Below, piece by piece: positions 40,174 through 49,847 of a stretch of DNA of 64,000 nucleotides. Within the stretch, counting starts at the first letter, position 1. Every line of letters starts with the position of its first letter. The DNA is from Vibrio sp. (GTDB taxonomy: Bacteria; Pseudomonadota; Gammaproteobacteria; Enterobacterales; Vibrionaceae). The position numbers were made by a program, and so were the translations under genes. A model generated the notes under the pieces. It was not told where the DNA came from. It was given only the letters and a program-made list of their open reading frames with translations, and did no database searches. The stretch is from positions 8,636 through 72,635 of the forward strand of contig JBQGON010000001.1 of NCBI GenBank assembly GCA_052087065.1, in the 5' to 3' direction.

Positions 40174-40659
40174 GTGTTCCCAATTATCTTATTATTATTT
40201 ATTGCTGTTCCTATCATCGAAATTGGTTTATTTATTCAAGTCGGTGGTTTTATCGGTTTATGGCCAACCATTGGTTTAGTTTTAGTGACGGCTTTTGTCG
40301 GGGCATCGTTAGTACGCAGCCAAGGGTTGCAAACACTGATGTCAGTGCAGCAGCGGGTGCAGCAGGGGGAAATTCCCGCCCAGCAAATTCTTGAAGGTGT
40401 GTTATTAGCGGTCGCTGGGGTGTTATTACTGACACCCGGTTTTATGACCGATATTCTCGGGATGGCGGTCTTGCTGCCAGCGCCACGTAAAAAACTCGCC
40501 GCCTATTTGTTGACGAAAGTGGTGATTAAAACAGGCAGCCAGTTTCAAGGTGGATATCATCAAGATGAGCCGGGTAGCGGGCGTACGTTTGATGGTGAAT
40601 TTGAATCAAAAGAGACCAATGACGACCAAGATAAAAATGATCATCATCGGTTACGCTAA
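40174..40659 (+). CDS. fxsA: FxsA family membrane protein
   Basis: FPIILLLFIAVPIIEI, AGVLLLTPGFMTD. Confidence 0.93.
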   Translation: MFPIILLLFIAVPIIEIGLFIQVGGFIGLWPTIGLVLVTAFVGASLVRSQGLQTLMSVQQRVQQGEIPAQQILEGVLLAVAGVLLLTPGFMTDILGMAVLLPAPRKKLAAYLLTKVVIKTGSQFQGGYHQDEPGSGRTFDGEFESKETNDDQDKNDHHRLR

Positions 40660-40690
40660 ATCCAGCTATTCATTACGACAGCAAGGTGGG

Positions 40691-41167
40691 CTATTGTCCA
40701 CCTTGGAAATCTAACTGGCGCCAAGCTTCATACGCAATAATGGCCACTGAGTTCGATAGATTTAAGCTACGCGCATCGGGCATCATTGGGATTCGAATAC
40801 GTTGTGACATGGGTAATGCCGCGATTAAATCGGCAGGCAAGCCTCGTGTTTCTGGGCCAAACAGTAAGACATCGCCACGTTGATAGCGGGCATCAACATG
40901 ATGGCCGGTTGTTTTGGTCGTGCAGGCAAAAATTCGATAATGTTCACGCTCAGTTTCTAGATATTCAATAAACGCTTGGTAATCTTTATGGCGCGTGACT
41001 CGCGCGAGATCATGATAGTCTAAACCTGCGCGGCGAACTTTCTTCTCTTCTAAATCAAATCCTAATGGCTCAATTAAGTGTAGATTCGCCCCACAGTTTG
41101 CGCTGAGGCGAATAATATTTCCTGTATTCGGTGCGATTTCCGGTTCGTATAGAGCGATATCAAACAT
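40691..41167 (-). CDS. trmL: tRNA (cytidine/uridine(34)-2'-O)-methyltransferase
   Basis: [36 protein letters not shown]. Confidence 0.96.
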   Translation of the reverse strand: MFDIALYEPEIAPNTGNIIRLSANCGANLHLIEPLGFDLEEKKVRRAGLDYHDLARVTRHKDYQAFIEYLETEREHYRIFACTTKTTGHHVDARYQRGDVLLFGPETRGLPADLIAALPMSQRIRIPMMPDARSLNLSNSVAIIAYEAWRQLDFQGGQ

Positions 41168-41360
41168 AACGTTGTGAGCTTCCTAAAAGAGATAAGGCGC
41201 AAAGTATACCGCGATAGAAATCAGTGTACAGCGTGTGCTTGGCAGAGCGGTAAGGCATTACGTGTCTCGCTATGCCTTTTTAGTCTGATTGGGGCGATGA
41301 AAATGCTCAGTAATGTTAAGCCAAGCGACAGTATTTCACCGTGCTTGAAGTCGGTGGTTT

Positions 41361-42740
41361 TTAAGCACCGATGGGTAACGTAAAGGTGACCAGCAACCCC
41401 CCCAGTTCACTCTCTTTAGCGACAATCTGTCCGTTGTGCTGGCGAATGGCACTTTCGGTAATTGCCAGCCCAAGCCCCGTACCACCACTGTCACGATCAC
41501 GAGCTTCAGAGACTCGATAAAACGGGCGAAAAATCTGGCGCAGTTGCAGTGGCGGAACGCCCGGCCCATCATCTTCCACGGTCACCATGAGGCTGGACTC
41601 TTCTAATTGAAAGTGTACTTGAACTTGTGAATGACCATATTTGATTGCATTCCGCACAATATTTTCTAAGGCGCTCATCAAGAGTTTTGGACTACCAGTA
41701 ATCAGAACGTCAGGAATGGTATTAAACGATAACGTCTTATTGAGCTGTTCTGCTTCGAACTGGGCATCATCAAGCAACTCTTCCCATAAACTCGTCAATG
41801 GTTGTGTTTCTCGTTGCAGGTGGCTATCGGTTTGCACTCGTGAGAGTTCCAGTAGCTCACTGATCATTTGTTCTAAGCGCTGCGCTTCGGTATCAATGCG
41901 TTCCAGCTCTGAGCTTGAACCTTGTTTGCGCACAGCAAGGCCTGTCGCCATACGTAATCGAGTCAATGGGGAACGAAGTTCATGCGAGATATCGGAAAGT
42001 AATCGTTGCTGCCCTGAAATCATGGTATTCACCGCCTGCACCATTTGGTTGAAACTTCTACCGGAGACACGAAATTCATCGGGGCCTTTTTCCAGTTCGG
42101 GTTCGGGAGTAAAGTTGCCCCGTGCAACACGGTTTGCCGCTTGTGCTAAATACTGTGCGGGTTTACTGAGCGCCCAAGCTAGCCATAGTAATAGCGGTGT
42201 GCTGATCAGCATGATGACGAGTAGTAGTTGAATTGGATGGTCGAGCAGGTGGATAACAAAAGGTGGAGGACCATTCCAGTCAAAGCCGACAAAGAGCAAG
42301 AGGGGTTGTTGCGCCAAAATAATGGGGATAGGGCCGGAAATCCGGTATTTGCCATAGGCTCTTTGCGTCGGTTCATTTGAATAATCGATACTCGACGTAA
42401 AGTTTTTTAAGGCGCGAAATGTATCGGTTGAAGCAATGTGGCTTGAGAGAATTTTACCGCTTTGCGTGGTAATAAAAAAATCAGGACGGCTGCTATTGCG
42501 GTGTGGCTGAATGCGATGGCGATCGAGATCTTGTAAAATAAAGGTAAGGTTACGATCGTAGGCATAGCGATTTTCAATCATATCACGCGCATCGAGCATG
42601 CTTTGATACATGTCCGATGGGATCTCTTTCGACTTACGTGGATCAAGATTTGGTATGGCCAACACACCAACGACGATGATGGCGATGGTCAGCCAAAAAA
42701 TGGCAAAAATACGGGCATAAAGACTGTTGATTTTGGGCAC
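41361..42740 (-). CDS. cpxA: Envelope stress sensor kinase CpxA
   Basis: SLYARIFAIFW N-terminus, [28 protein letters not shown]. Confidence 0.93.
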   Translation of the reverse strand: MPKINSLYARIFAIFWLTIAIIVVGVLAIPNLDPRKSKEIPSDMYQSMLDARDMIENRYAYDRNLTFILQDLDRHRIQPHRNSSRPDFFITTQSGKILSSHIASTDTFRALKNFTSSIDYSNEPTQRAYGKYRISGPIPIILAQQPLLLFVGFDWNGPPPFVIHLLDHPIQLLLVIMLISTPLLLWLAWALSKPAQYLAQAANRVARGNFTPEPELEKGPDEFRVSGRSFNQMVQAVNTMISGQQRLLSDISHELRSPLTRLRMATGLAVRKQGSSSELERIDTEAQRLEQMISELLELSRVQTDSHLQRETQPLTSLWEELLDDAQFEAEQLNKTLSFNTIPDVLITGSPKLLMSALENIVRNAIKYGHSQVQVHFQLEESSLMVTVEDDGPGVPPLQLRQIFRPFYRVSEARDRDSGGTGLGLAITESAIRQHNGQIVAKESELGGLLVTFTLPIGA

Positions 42741-42745
42741 AGGGA

Positions 42746-43435
42746 TTAGCTCTCTAGTAATAACATATAGCCACGGCCACGCAATGTCTTAATTCGCGGC
42801 TTATCGTCTGGGCGAGGAGGCAGTTTTTTCCTCAAGTTTGAAACATGCATATCGATAGCCCGGTCAAACGCAGACAGATGTTTACCCAGCACATCCATAC
42901 TTAACGACTCTTTTGACAGTGTGCTGCCTGGGTTCTCAATGAAGTGAGTCAATAGGGCGAATTCGGTGGTCGTCAGTTCCAGTAGCTCACCTTGGCAATA
43001 GGCTTCTTGTTTGCCTGTATTGATTTGGATATCGCTGTACTCTAAGAATCGATTGGCTTTCGTTGTTTCACTGGTGTTCTGGGTTCGACGTAAAATGGCG
43101 CGAATGCGAGCGAGCAGTTCTCTGTCGTTAAACGGTTTTGGTAAATAGTCGTCGGCGCCTAATTCTAGTCCAATAACACGATCGACTTCCTCACCCTTGG
43201 CCGTCAGCATTAGCACAGGGGTTTGCCACTGTTCTCGTAGTTTTTTGAGTGTTTCTGTGCCATTGAGGTTGGGCATCATCACGTCTAACAAAATGAGATC
43301 GATGGTATCATCAATGATCGCAAGGCCTGTCTGTCCGTCATGGGCTTCAGAAACGGTAAAACCTTCGTAGCTTAGTACTTCTTTTAGTAACGAAGTTAAC
43401 TCATTATCATCATCAATTACTAGAATATGGGGCAT
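42746..43435 (-). CDS. cpxR: Envelope stress response regulator CpxR
   Basis: LLDVMMP, RVIGLELGADDYLPKPF, FDRAIDMHVSNLRKK, IKTLRGRGY. Confidence 0.95.
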   Translation of the reverse strand: MPHILVIDDDNELTSLLKEVLSYEGFTVSEAHDGQTGLAIIDDTIDLILLDVMMPNLNGTETLKKLREQWQTPVLMLTAKGEEVDRVIGLELGADDYLPKPFNDRELLARIRAILRRTQNTSETTKANRFLEYSDIQINTGKQEAYCQGELLELTTTEFALLTHFIENPGSTLSKESLSMDVLGKHLSAFDRAIDMHVSNLRKKLPPRPDDKPRIKTLRGRGYMLLLES

Positions 43436-43511
43436 ATTGTTCTCACTTTTCGTCGTGTTCTTGCGTTATTTTATCTTGATTACTCTGATGTCCTTAGTAC
43501 TAATTTTCTTA

Positions 43512-43526
43512 TTTACGTTCATTTAC
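43512..43526. promoter_or_regulatory. CpxR binding site
   Basis: Minus strand GTAAA-TGAAC-GTAAA, an exact GTAAA-N5-GTAAA consensus. Confidence 0.8.
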
Positions 43527-43543
43527 GCAACACTGTGATTGTC

Positions 43544-43572
43544 TTGTCGAAGTGGGCGAGTGCTGCGATAAT
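43544..43572 (+). promoter_or_regulatory. Putative sigma70 promoter of fieF
   Basis: TTGTCG-N17-GATAAT. Confidence 0.5.
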
Positions 43573-43614
43573 GCACTCACAGCAAATCATTCTACTTTTT
43601 ATCAGGGAAAGACG

Positions 43615-44544
43615 ATGAAACATGACTATGCACGTTTGGTCACAGCAGCCGCATGGCTCGCCACTGGTGTGGCAAGTGTATTGCTGATTATTAAAGTGGT
43701 CGCTTGGTGGATGACCGGTTCCGTCAGCCTATTGGCTTCCCTCATCGATTCTATGATTGATATTGCCGCGTCGGTTGTCAATCTGATTGTTTTAAAATAC
43801 GCCTTACAACCGGCAGATAAAGAGCATAAGTTTGGTCATGGTAAAGCCGAGTCTTTAGCGGCTCTCGCTCAAGCCATGTTTATTTCTGGCTCCGCCTTGT
43901 TTTTGATATTGAACGGGGTGCAACGTTTTTTTCATCCTCAGGCACTCGTGTCACCGCAATGGGGGGTCTATGTTAGCCTTTTCGCAATTGTGGTCACTCT
44001 AGGTCTAGTACAGTTTCAAAAATATGTCGTAAAAAAAACGGGCAGCCAAGCAATCGCAGCTGATTCATTACATTATCAAACCGACTTATATATGAATGTC
44101 GCGATTGCATTTGCCTTAGGCTTAAGTTGGTTTGGTGTTGGTCAGGCTGACGCGGTGTTTGCTATTATCATTGGTGTGTACATTTCTTATAGCGCGATAA
44201 AAATGGCACATACGGCGGTACAAACCTTGTTGGATCGCTCGTTACCGGAAGAAGATAACCAACAGATTATAGATATTGTGTTGTCTGTCGAAGGGGTGAT
44301 GGGCATGCATCAGTTGCGTACGCGTATGTCGGGGCCCGTGCGATTTATTCAATTACATATCGAATTGCAAGATGAAATGCCATTGCTTGAAGCCCATGAG
44401 CTGTCTGATATCGTGGAGGCCAAACTTATGGAAGCGTTCCCTGATTCGGACATATTGATCCATCAAGATCCACTATCAGTGGTGCTTAACGCACAAGAAG
44501 ACCTCAAACCACAGGATTGGTATGGAACATCGGTGATCAGTTGA
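43615..44544 (+). CDS. fieF: Cation diffusion facilitator FieF
   Basis: HKFGHGKAESLA, ADSLHYQTD, HQLRTR, IHQDP. Confidence 0.94.
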   Translation: MKHDYARLVTAAAWLATGVASVLLIIKVVAWWMTGSVSLLASLIDSMIDIAASVVNLIVLKYALQPADKEHKFGHGKAESLAALAQAMFISGSALFLILNGVQRFFHPQALVSPQWGVYVSLFAIVVTLGLVQFQKYVVKKTGSQAIAADSLHYQTDLYMNVAIAFALGLSWFGVGQADAVFAIIIGVYISYSAIKMAHTAVQTLLDRSLPEEDNQQIIDIVLSVEGVMGMHQLRTRMSGPVRFIQLHIELQDEMPLLEAHELSDIVEAKLMEAFPDSDILIHQDPLSVVLNAQEDLKPQDWYGTSVIS

Positions 44545-44756
44545 GAATAACTGGCTTGATTCTGATATGTATCAACAATCACTGATATTATGAGTGACAT
44601 ACTTTGGTTTCATCATACCATCATGAAAATGGTTTTATAGTAGTATTCTCGTTGAAGACAGGTAACATGGATCAACAATAAGAATTTTTTTGCTTGGCGC
44701 TCGTTTCAAGCAACGTGACAATATTTGGATGAGTTTCCAACATGTAGAGGGTGAAC

Positions 44757-45719
44757 ATGATTAAAAAGATCGGGGTTTTGACCAGTGGCGGTGATGCGCC
44801 TGGCATGAATGCAGCGATTCGCGGTGTGGTAAGAACAGCGTTAGGCGCTGGCCTAGAAGTGTATGGCGTATACGACGGTTATTTAGGCCTGTATGAAGAT
44901 CGTATTGAAAAGCTCGAGCGGTCCAGTGTATCGGATATAATTAACCGTGGTGGTACATTGCTAGGTTCGGCTCGTTTCCCTGAATTCAAAGAAGAATCGG
45001 TACGTAAAGTCGCCATTGAAAACCTACAAAAGCATGGCATTGATGCTTTGGTTGTGATTGGCGGTGATGGTTCTTATATGGGCGCGAAGAAACTGACTGA
45101 AATGGGTTACCCATGTATTGGCCTGCCGGGCACGATTGATAATGATATTGCTGGCACTGACTATACGATTGGTTACTTTACTGCATTGAACACTGTTATC
45201 GAAGCCATTGACCGCTTGCGCGATACCTCCTCTTCACACCAACGTATCTCGATTGTTGAAATTATGGGACGTCACTGTGGTGATTTGACTTTGATGTCCG
45301 CGGTAGCGGGTGGTTGTGAATATGTTATTTCGCCAGAAACTGGATTGAACATGGACGAGCTCATTGAAAGTTTGAAAAAGGATATCCGTCGAGGGAAAAA
45401 GCATGCCATTATCACGCTGACTGAATTGATGATGGACGCTAACGAGCTTGCCAAGAAAATTGAAGAAGCGACTGAGCGTGAAACGCGCGCCACAGTATTA
45501 GGGCATATTCAACGTGGTGGGTGCCCAACTGCTTTCGACCGTATTCTGGCATCACGCATGGGCAACTATGCCGTTCATTTGTTGATGGAAGGACATGGCG
45601 GCCGCTGTGTTGGGACGCAAAGAGAAGAATTGGTCCATCACGATATTATCGACGCGATTGAAAATATGCGTCGTCCTGTGCGCAAAGACCTCTACAGAGT
45701 GGCTGACGAATTATCATAA
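44757..45719 (+). CDS. pfkA: 6-phosphofructokinase
   Basis: [35 protein letters not shown]. Confidence 0.97.
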   Translation: MIKKIGVLTSGGDAPGMNAAIRGVVRTALGAGLEVYGVYDGYLGLYEDRIEKLERSSVSDIINRGGTLLGSARFPEFKEESVRKVAIENLQKHGIDALVVIGGDGSYMGAKKLTEMGYPCIGLPGTIDNDIAGTDYTIGYFTALNTVIEAIDRLRDTSSSHQRISIVEIMGRHCGDLTLMSAVAGGCEYVISPETGLNMDELIESLKKDIRRGKKHAIITLTELMMDANELAKKIEEATERETRATVLGHIQRGGCPTAFDRILASRMGNYAVHLLMEGHGGRCVGTQREELVHHDIIDAIENMRRPVRKDLYRVADELS

Positions 45720-45738
45720 GCTTTGTCGATTGCTCATC

Positions 45739-45770
45739 AAAAAAAGACCGCCCAATGGCGGTCTTTTTTT
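45739..45770. terminator. Bidirectional terminator between pfkA and glpX
   Basis: AAAAAAAGACCGCC-caat-GGCGGTCTTTTTTT. Confidence 0.9.
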
Positions 45771-45773
45771 AGG

Positions 45774-46781
45774 TTATATAATCAGTTCACGCACTGATGA
45801 ATCTTTTTTATCTAAGTAATGAGTCGATTTAATACGGCGAATGGTGCGGCAGTGGCCACGCACTAGTAAGGTTTCAGTGGTTGCCATATTGCCTTGGCGC
45901 TGAATACCCTCGACTAAATCTCCTTTGGTAATGCCTGTCGCTGAGAAGATCACATTATCGCTACTGACTATGGCATCGAGAGTGAGAACTTTATTGGCTT
46001 CCACGCCCATTTCCTGACAACGCTGCAGTTCTTGAGCGCCCCAAATCCGGTTATCTTCTGTTTCGCCTTTCACTTGATGACGTGGCAGTAAGCGACCTTG
46101 CATATCACCATCGAGTGCACGAATCACGGCAGCAGAAATGACCCCTTCTGGCGCGCCGCCAATGCAGTACATCATGTCCACATCACTATCAGGCATACAG
46201 GTTAAGATAGAGGCAGCAACATCACCATCTGGTAAGGCATAAACGCGAATTCCCATCGCTTGCATTTCCGCGATAATCGCTTCGTGACGAGGCTTTGCCA
46301 GTGTCACGACCACCAGTTCAGACAGCGGTTTATTGAGTGCTTGTGCGACGTTGGATAAATTGACGGCCAAGGATTGCTCTAGGTCAATGCTGCCTTTGGC
46401 TTGCGGGCCAACCACCAGTTTTTCCATGTACATATCTGGCGCTTTCAAAAAGCTGCCTTTTTCACCTGCTGCCAGCACGGCAATCGCATTGGATTGTCCC
46501 ATGGCTGTCATGCGGGTGCCTTCAATTGGGTCGACCGCAATATCGACGCCATCACCACCTAGCCCAACTTGCTCGCCAATATAGAGCATAGGGGCTTCAT
46601 CGATTTCCCCTTCACCAATGACAATTTCACCGGCAATATCGGTACTATTGAGTAGGAGTCGCATTGCTTCTACCGCGGCATTATCGGCGGCATTTTTATC
46701 ACCGCGTCCTAGCCACTTGTGTCCTGCTAAGGCAGCACCTTCTGTCACTCGAGAGAACGCTAAAGCCAAATCACGTTTCAT
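45774..46781 (-). CDS. glpX: Fructose-1,6-bisphosphatase class II
   Basis: GEGEIDEAPMLYIGE, AVDPIEGT, DGDVA. Confidence 0.96.
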   Translation of the reverse strand: MKRDLALAFSRVTEGAALAGHKWLGRGDKNAADNAAVEAMRLLLNSTDIAGEIVIGEGEIDEAPMLYIGEQVGLGGDGVDIAVDPIEGTRMTAMGQSNAIAVLAAGEKGSFLKAPDMYMEKLVVGPQAKGSIDLEQSLAVNLSNVAQALNKPLSELVVVTLAKPRHEAIIAEMQAMGIRVYALPDGDVAASILTCMPDSDVDMMYCIGGAPEGVISAAVIRALDGDMQGRLLPRHQVKGETEDNRIWGAQELQRCQEMGVEANKVLTLDAIVSSDNVIFSATGITKGDLVEGIQRQGNMATTETLLVRGHCRTIRRIKSTHYLDKKDSSVRELII

Positions 46782-47100
46782 GTTTACTCCAAACAAACGA
46801 TTAAAAAGGGCGAAAAGTCTAAGATAAATTCTAACATAATCCATTCTATGACAGGGTTTTCACATGATTGAGATTTGTGCTTGATCAAAAGCCGTTCAGA
46901 AATTAGGGTAGGCGATAGCACAATTCACACGACAACGCGCCGAAAAGTGAACTTTTTGTCGATAAGAGGTTTTTTTTTAACCGAATAGCGCAATTTCTCT
47001 AATATAGAGAGTGTTTATCGACGCGTGGCTGAGTAGAATGGGACGCATACAGTAGTGACCACTTGAGTCACGCTCAACGATTCATGAAAGGGTAAACAAC

Positions 47101-47343
47101 ATGTCTTTTGAAGTACTAGAACAACTAGAAGCAAAAATTCAGACTGCCGTCGACACGATTGCATTACTACAGATGGAAGTAGAAGAGCTTAAAGAATCAA
47201 AGCAACAAATTGAAAGCGAAAATAGTGAACTCAAAGAAGAGCGTGCTGCATTAGAGCAAAAAGCGGTTCAGGTTCAACAAGAACACGAAGCTTGGCAAGA
47301 ACGTATTCGTAACTTGCTTGGCAAAATGGATGATGTTGAGTAA
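47101..47343 (+). CDS. zapB: Cell division protein ZapB
   Basis: [30 protein letters not shown] coiled coil. Confidence 0.95.
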   Translation: MSFEVLEQLEAKIQTAVDTIALLQMEVEELKESKQQIESENSELKEERAALEQKAVQVQQEHEAWQERIRNLLGKMDDVE

Positions 47344-47361
47344 TTTCAGCACATTGATTTG

Positions 47362-47394
47362 AAAAAACGCCAGTCTGTGACTGGCGTTTTTTTT
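47362..47394. terminator. Bidirectional terminator between zapB and metL
   Basis: AAAAAACGCCAGTC-tgt-GACTGGCGTTTTTTTT. Confidence 0.9.
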
Positions 47395-47435
47395 GGGGAA
47401 GAAAGCCACCGCACTGATGCGAGGTTACTTGCCGC

Positions 47436-49847
47436 TTAAAGTAGGTGAGATAATAAGTTGAGGTCTGACTGAATGGCGCCAGCGGTCACTTCTCGTCCGG
47501 CACCTGGGCCACGAATCACGAGTGGATTATCTTTATACCAATGACTTTCTATGGCGAAAATATTATCGCATGGCAGCAAATTGGCTAAGGCATGTTCTTT
47601 GTCTAACGCTTCCACGCCTACCGATGCTTTATCATTTTTTTCCAGCCTAGCGACATAACGTAGTACTTTACCTTCGAGTTGCGCTTTTTCTAGACGTTCG
47701 GCGAGTGACTCATTGAGTTCATCACTTTGATCAAGAAACGCATCCAATGATAATTCCGCGAGCGATGGCGATACCAGCGATTCGACGTTGATGTTTTCCG
47801 GCTCAATATGAAAGCCCGCTTCTCTGGCTAAAATGACCAGCTTGCGCATCACATCGGAACCATCAAGATCATGGCGAGGATCGGGCTCAGTTAACCCTTG
47901 TTGCCAAGCGAGATCGACGAGGTGACTAAACGGCACACTGCCATCATATTGTTGGAACAACCACGAGAGCGTGCCCGAGAAAATCCCAGAGAGTGCCGTA
48001 ATATCATCGCCACTTTCACGCAAGTCTCGCACGGTATGGTTAATAGGCAAGCCAGCGCCAACGGTGGCATTGTAGAACCAGTAACGTCCAATTTTGGCAA
48101 ATGCTTCTTTGACTTGATAATAATACTCGCTGGGTGCAGAACCTGCGACCTTATTGGCCGAAATCAAATGCATTCCATGCTGAGCAAAATCGAGGTATTG
48201 GTTGGCGACAAATGAACTGGCGGTGACATCTAAGACGACGATGTCATCGTAACGGTGTAATTCATTGACCGCGGTTAACCAACTGTGTCCATCATGACTC
48301 ACGGCATCGTCTTTATAGCGTTCCACCACATCTTGTTGACTCAACCCTGAGTCATTAAAGAGGTAACGCTGGCTATCGACGACGGCGACCAGTTCGAAGT
48401 TCATCCCGCGACGTTTCTCTAATTCCGCTTTCTGTTGGTAGAACAAATTTAACCAGCTTGAACCAATATTTCCTTTGCCACATAAGACAAGGGCGATCCG
48501 TTTTTGTGCTTGGAAAAGTTGGGTATGAATATTGTGTACCAAAGGCGGTAAGTCGGTCTGACGTAACACGGCCACCAGACTTAACCCTGATTCCGTAGTC
48601 GAAATAAACTCGACCGGGTGGTTTTTCAATTGCTGGTAGAATCCGAAATTATGATTGGCATTTTTGCTGACGCCCGCGCCAACCGCTGCGACTAATTGGA
48701 ACCCTTCTTTGAGTTTAATCTCCGCTTCCACCGCGGCATCTTGTAAGCACTCTAAAGCGCCAGATGTGATTTCTTCGGTATAGGCCAAACGTAATAAGCA
48801 TTGGTCTTCTAATGCTTCATAAGCCAGCGGTTCTAATTGCATACGTTTTAAACGTTGCAAAGTTTCTCGCTGAATTTGCTTGAATGAATGATGACGACCG
48901 AAGGTGAGTTCAATTAATAAAACATCATCAAGTGAGGTGATTATCTTAGCGCCTCGACCTGAGGCAAGGACGCGCTCAATGCGTGTCGAGCCTGCTTCAG
49001 GCTGATAGCTACAGCGCAAATGCAGATCCATAGTACTTTGAGCCACTGGCTGCAAAGTACGGCTATGTAACACTGGCGCGGCTAAGCGAGCGAGTTCATT
49101 GGCTTCATCTAAACGTAGCAATGGCAATAAGCAGGCATCACCGACTAAGCGCGGATCGGCGCTGAAGACACCGGCGACATCACTCCAAATGGTCACTTGA
49201 TTTACATGCGCGAGTGCACCAATAATTGTCGCCGAGTAATCGGAGCCATTGCGGCCCAGCAAAACAGTATGGCCAGCTTTGTCTTGCGCCATAAAACCTG
49301 TAATGACTAAGCGTTTATTGGGGTGCTGAGCCAAGATATTATCGAGCAGCGGTTGAGAGGCGGCTCGATCCACTTCTGGTTGTATACCTGCTTCCGCTCG
49401 TAGAAAGGTACGCGCATCGAGCATGGCACAATCGAGCTGTAAATTCGTCAGTACCGCTGCAAGCAAACGCGCTGACCACATTTCACCATGGCCAAGTATA
49501 TAGGCGCGTTTTTCAGGCGTAATGGGCGAGGTTATGTCGCCCAGTTCACTCATTTCTGCCATTAACTGAGTCAGTAAATGATCCGCGGCTTCGCCCTCAA
49601 GTAGGCTGGTAATTAATTCACTTTGGTACTGTCTGAGCTGTAATAAGGTTTCATGCGCCAAACGACCATCTTTACTCAATGCTTCAATAAAGGTAATTAA
49701 ACGATTGGTTGTTTTGCCGGCTGCTGAGACGACGATAAGATCGCTGGGCTGTGAATAATCACACAGTATCTGCGCAACTCGCTGATAGCAATCAGCGTCA
49801 GCAAGGCTGCTGCCACCAAATTTATGTAATTGGCGCGGTGTTGTCAT
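47436..49847 (-). CDS. metL: Bifunctional aspartate kinase/homoserine dehydrogenase II
   Basis: HKFGGSSLAD, LGRNGSDYSA, GKGNIG, EPDPRHDLDG, GPGAG. Confidence 0.95.
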   Translation of the reverse strand: MTTPRQLHKFGGSSLADADCYQRVAQILCDYSQPSDLIVVSAAGKTTNRLITFIEALSKDGRLAHETLLQLRQYQSELITSLLEGEAADHLLTQLMAEMSELGDITSPITPEKRAYILGHGEMWSARLLAAVLTNLQLDCAMLDARTFLRAEAGIQPEVDRAASQPLLDNILAQHPNKRLVITGFMAQDKAGHTVLLGRNGSDYSATIIGALAHVNQVTIWSDVAGVFSADPRLVGDACLLPLLRLDEANELARLAAPVLHSRTLQPVAQSTMDLHLRCSYQPEAGSTRIERVLASGRGAKIITSLDDVLLIELTFGRHHSFKQIQRETLQRLKRMQLEPLAYEALEDQCLLRLAYTEEITSGALECLQDAAVEAEIKLKEGFQLVAAVGAGVSKNANHNFGFYQQLKNHPVEFISTTESGLSLVAVLRQTDLPPLVHNIHTQLFQAQKRIALVLCGKGNIGSSWLNLFYQQKAELEKRRGMNFELVAVVDSQRYLFNDSGLSQQDVVERYKDDAVSHDGHSWLTAVNELHRYDDIVVLDVTASSFVANQYLDFAQHGMHLISANKVAGSAPSEYYYQVKEAFAKIGRYWFYNATVGAGLPINHTVRDLRESGDDITALSGIFSGTLSWLFQQYDGSVPFSHLVDLAWQQGLTEPDPRHDLDGSDVMRKLVILAREAGFHIEPENINVESLVSPSLAELSLDAFLDQSDELNESLAERLEKAQLEGKVLRYVARLEKNDKASVGVEALDKEHALANLLPCDNIFAIESHWYKDNPLVIRGPGAGREVTAGAIQSDLNLLSHLL

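Noticed and set aside
41641-42231. 196-aa antisense ORF over cpxA
   Set aside because: Shadow ORF of a conserved gene; no independent signals
45700-45719. PfkA ends ...ADELS rather than the ...EELF ending I recall
   Set aside because: Length is normal; a single-residue difference, not evidence of a pseudogene
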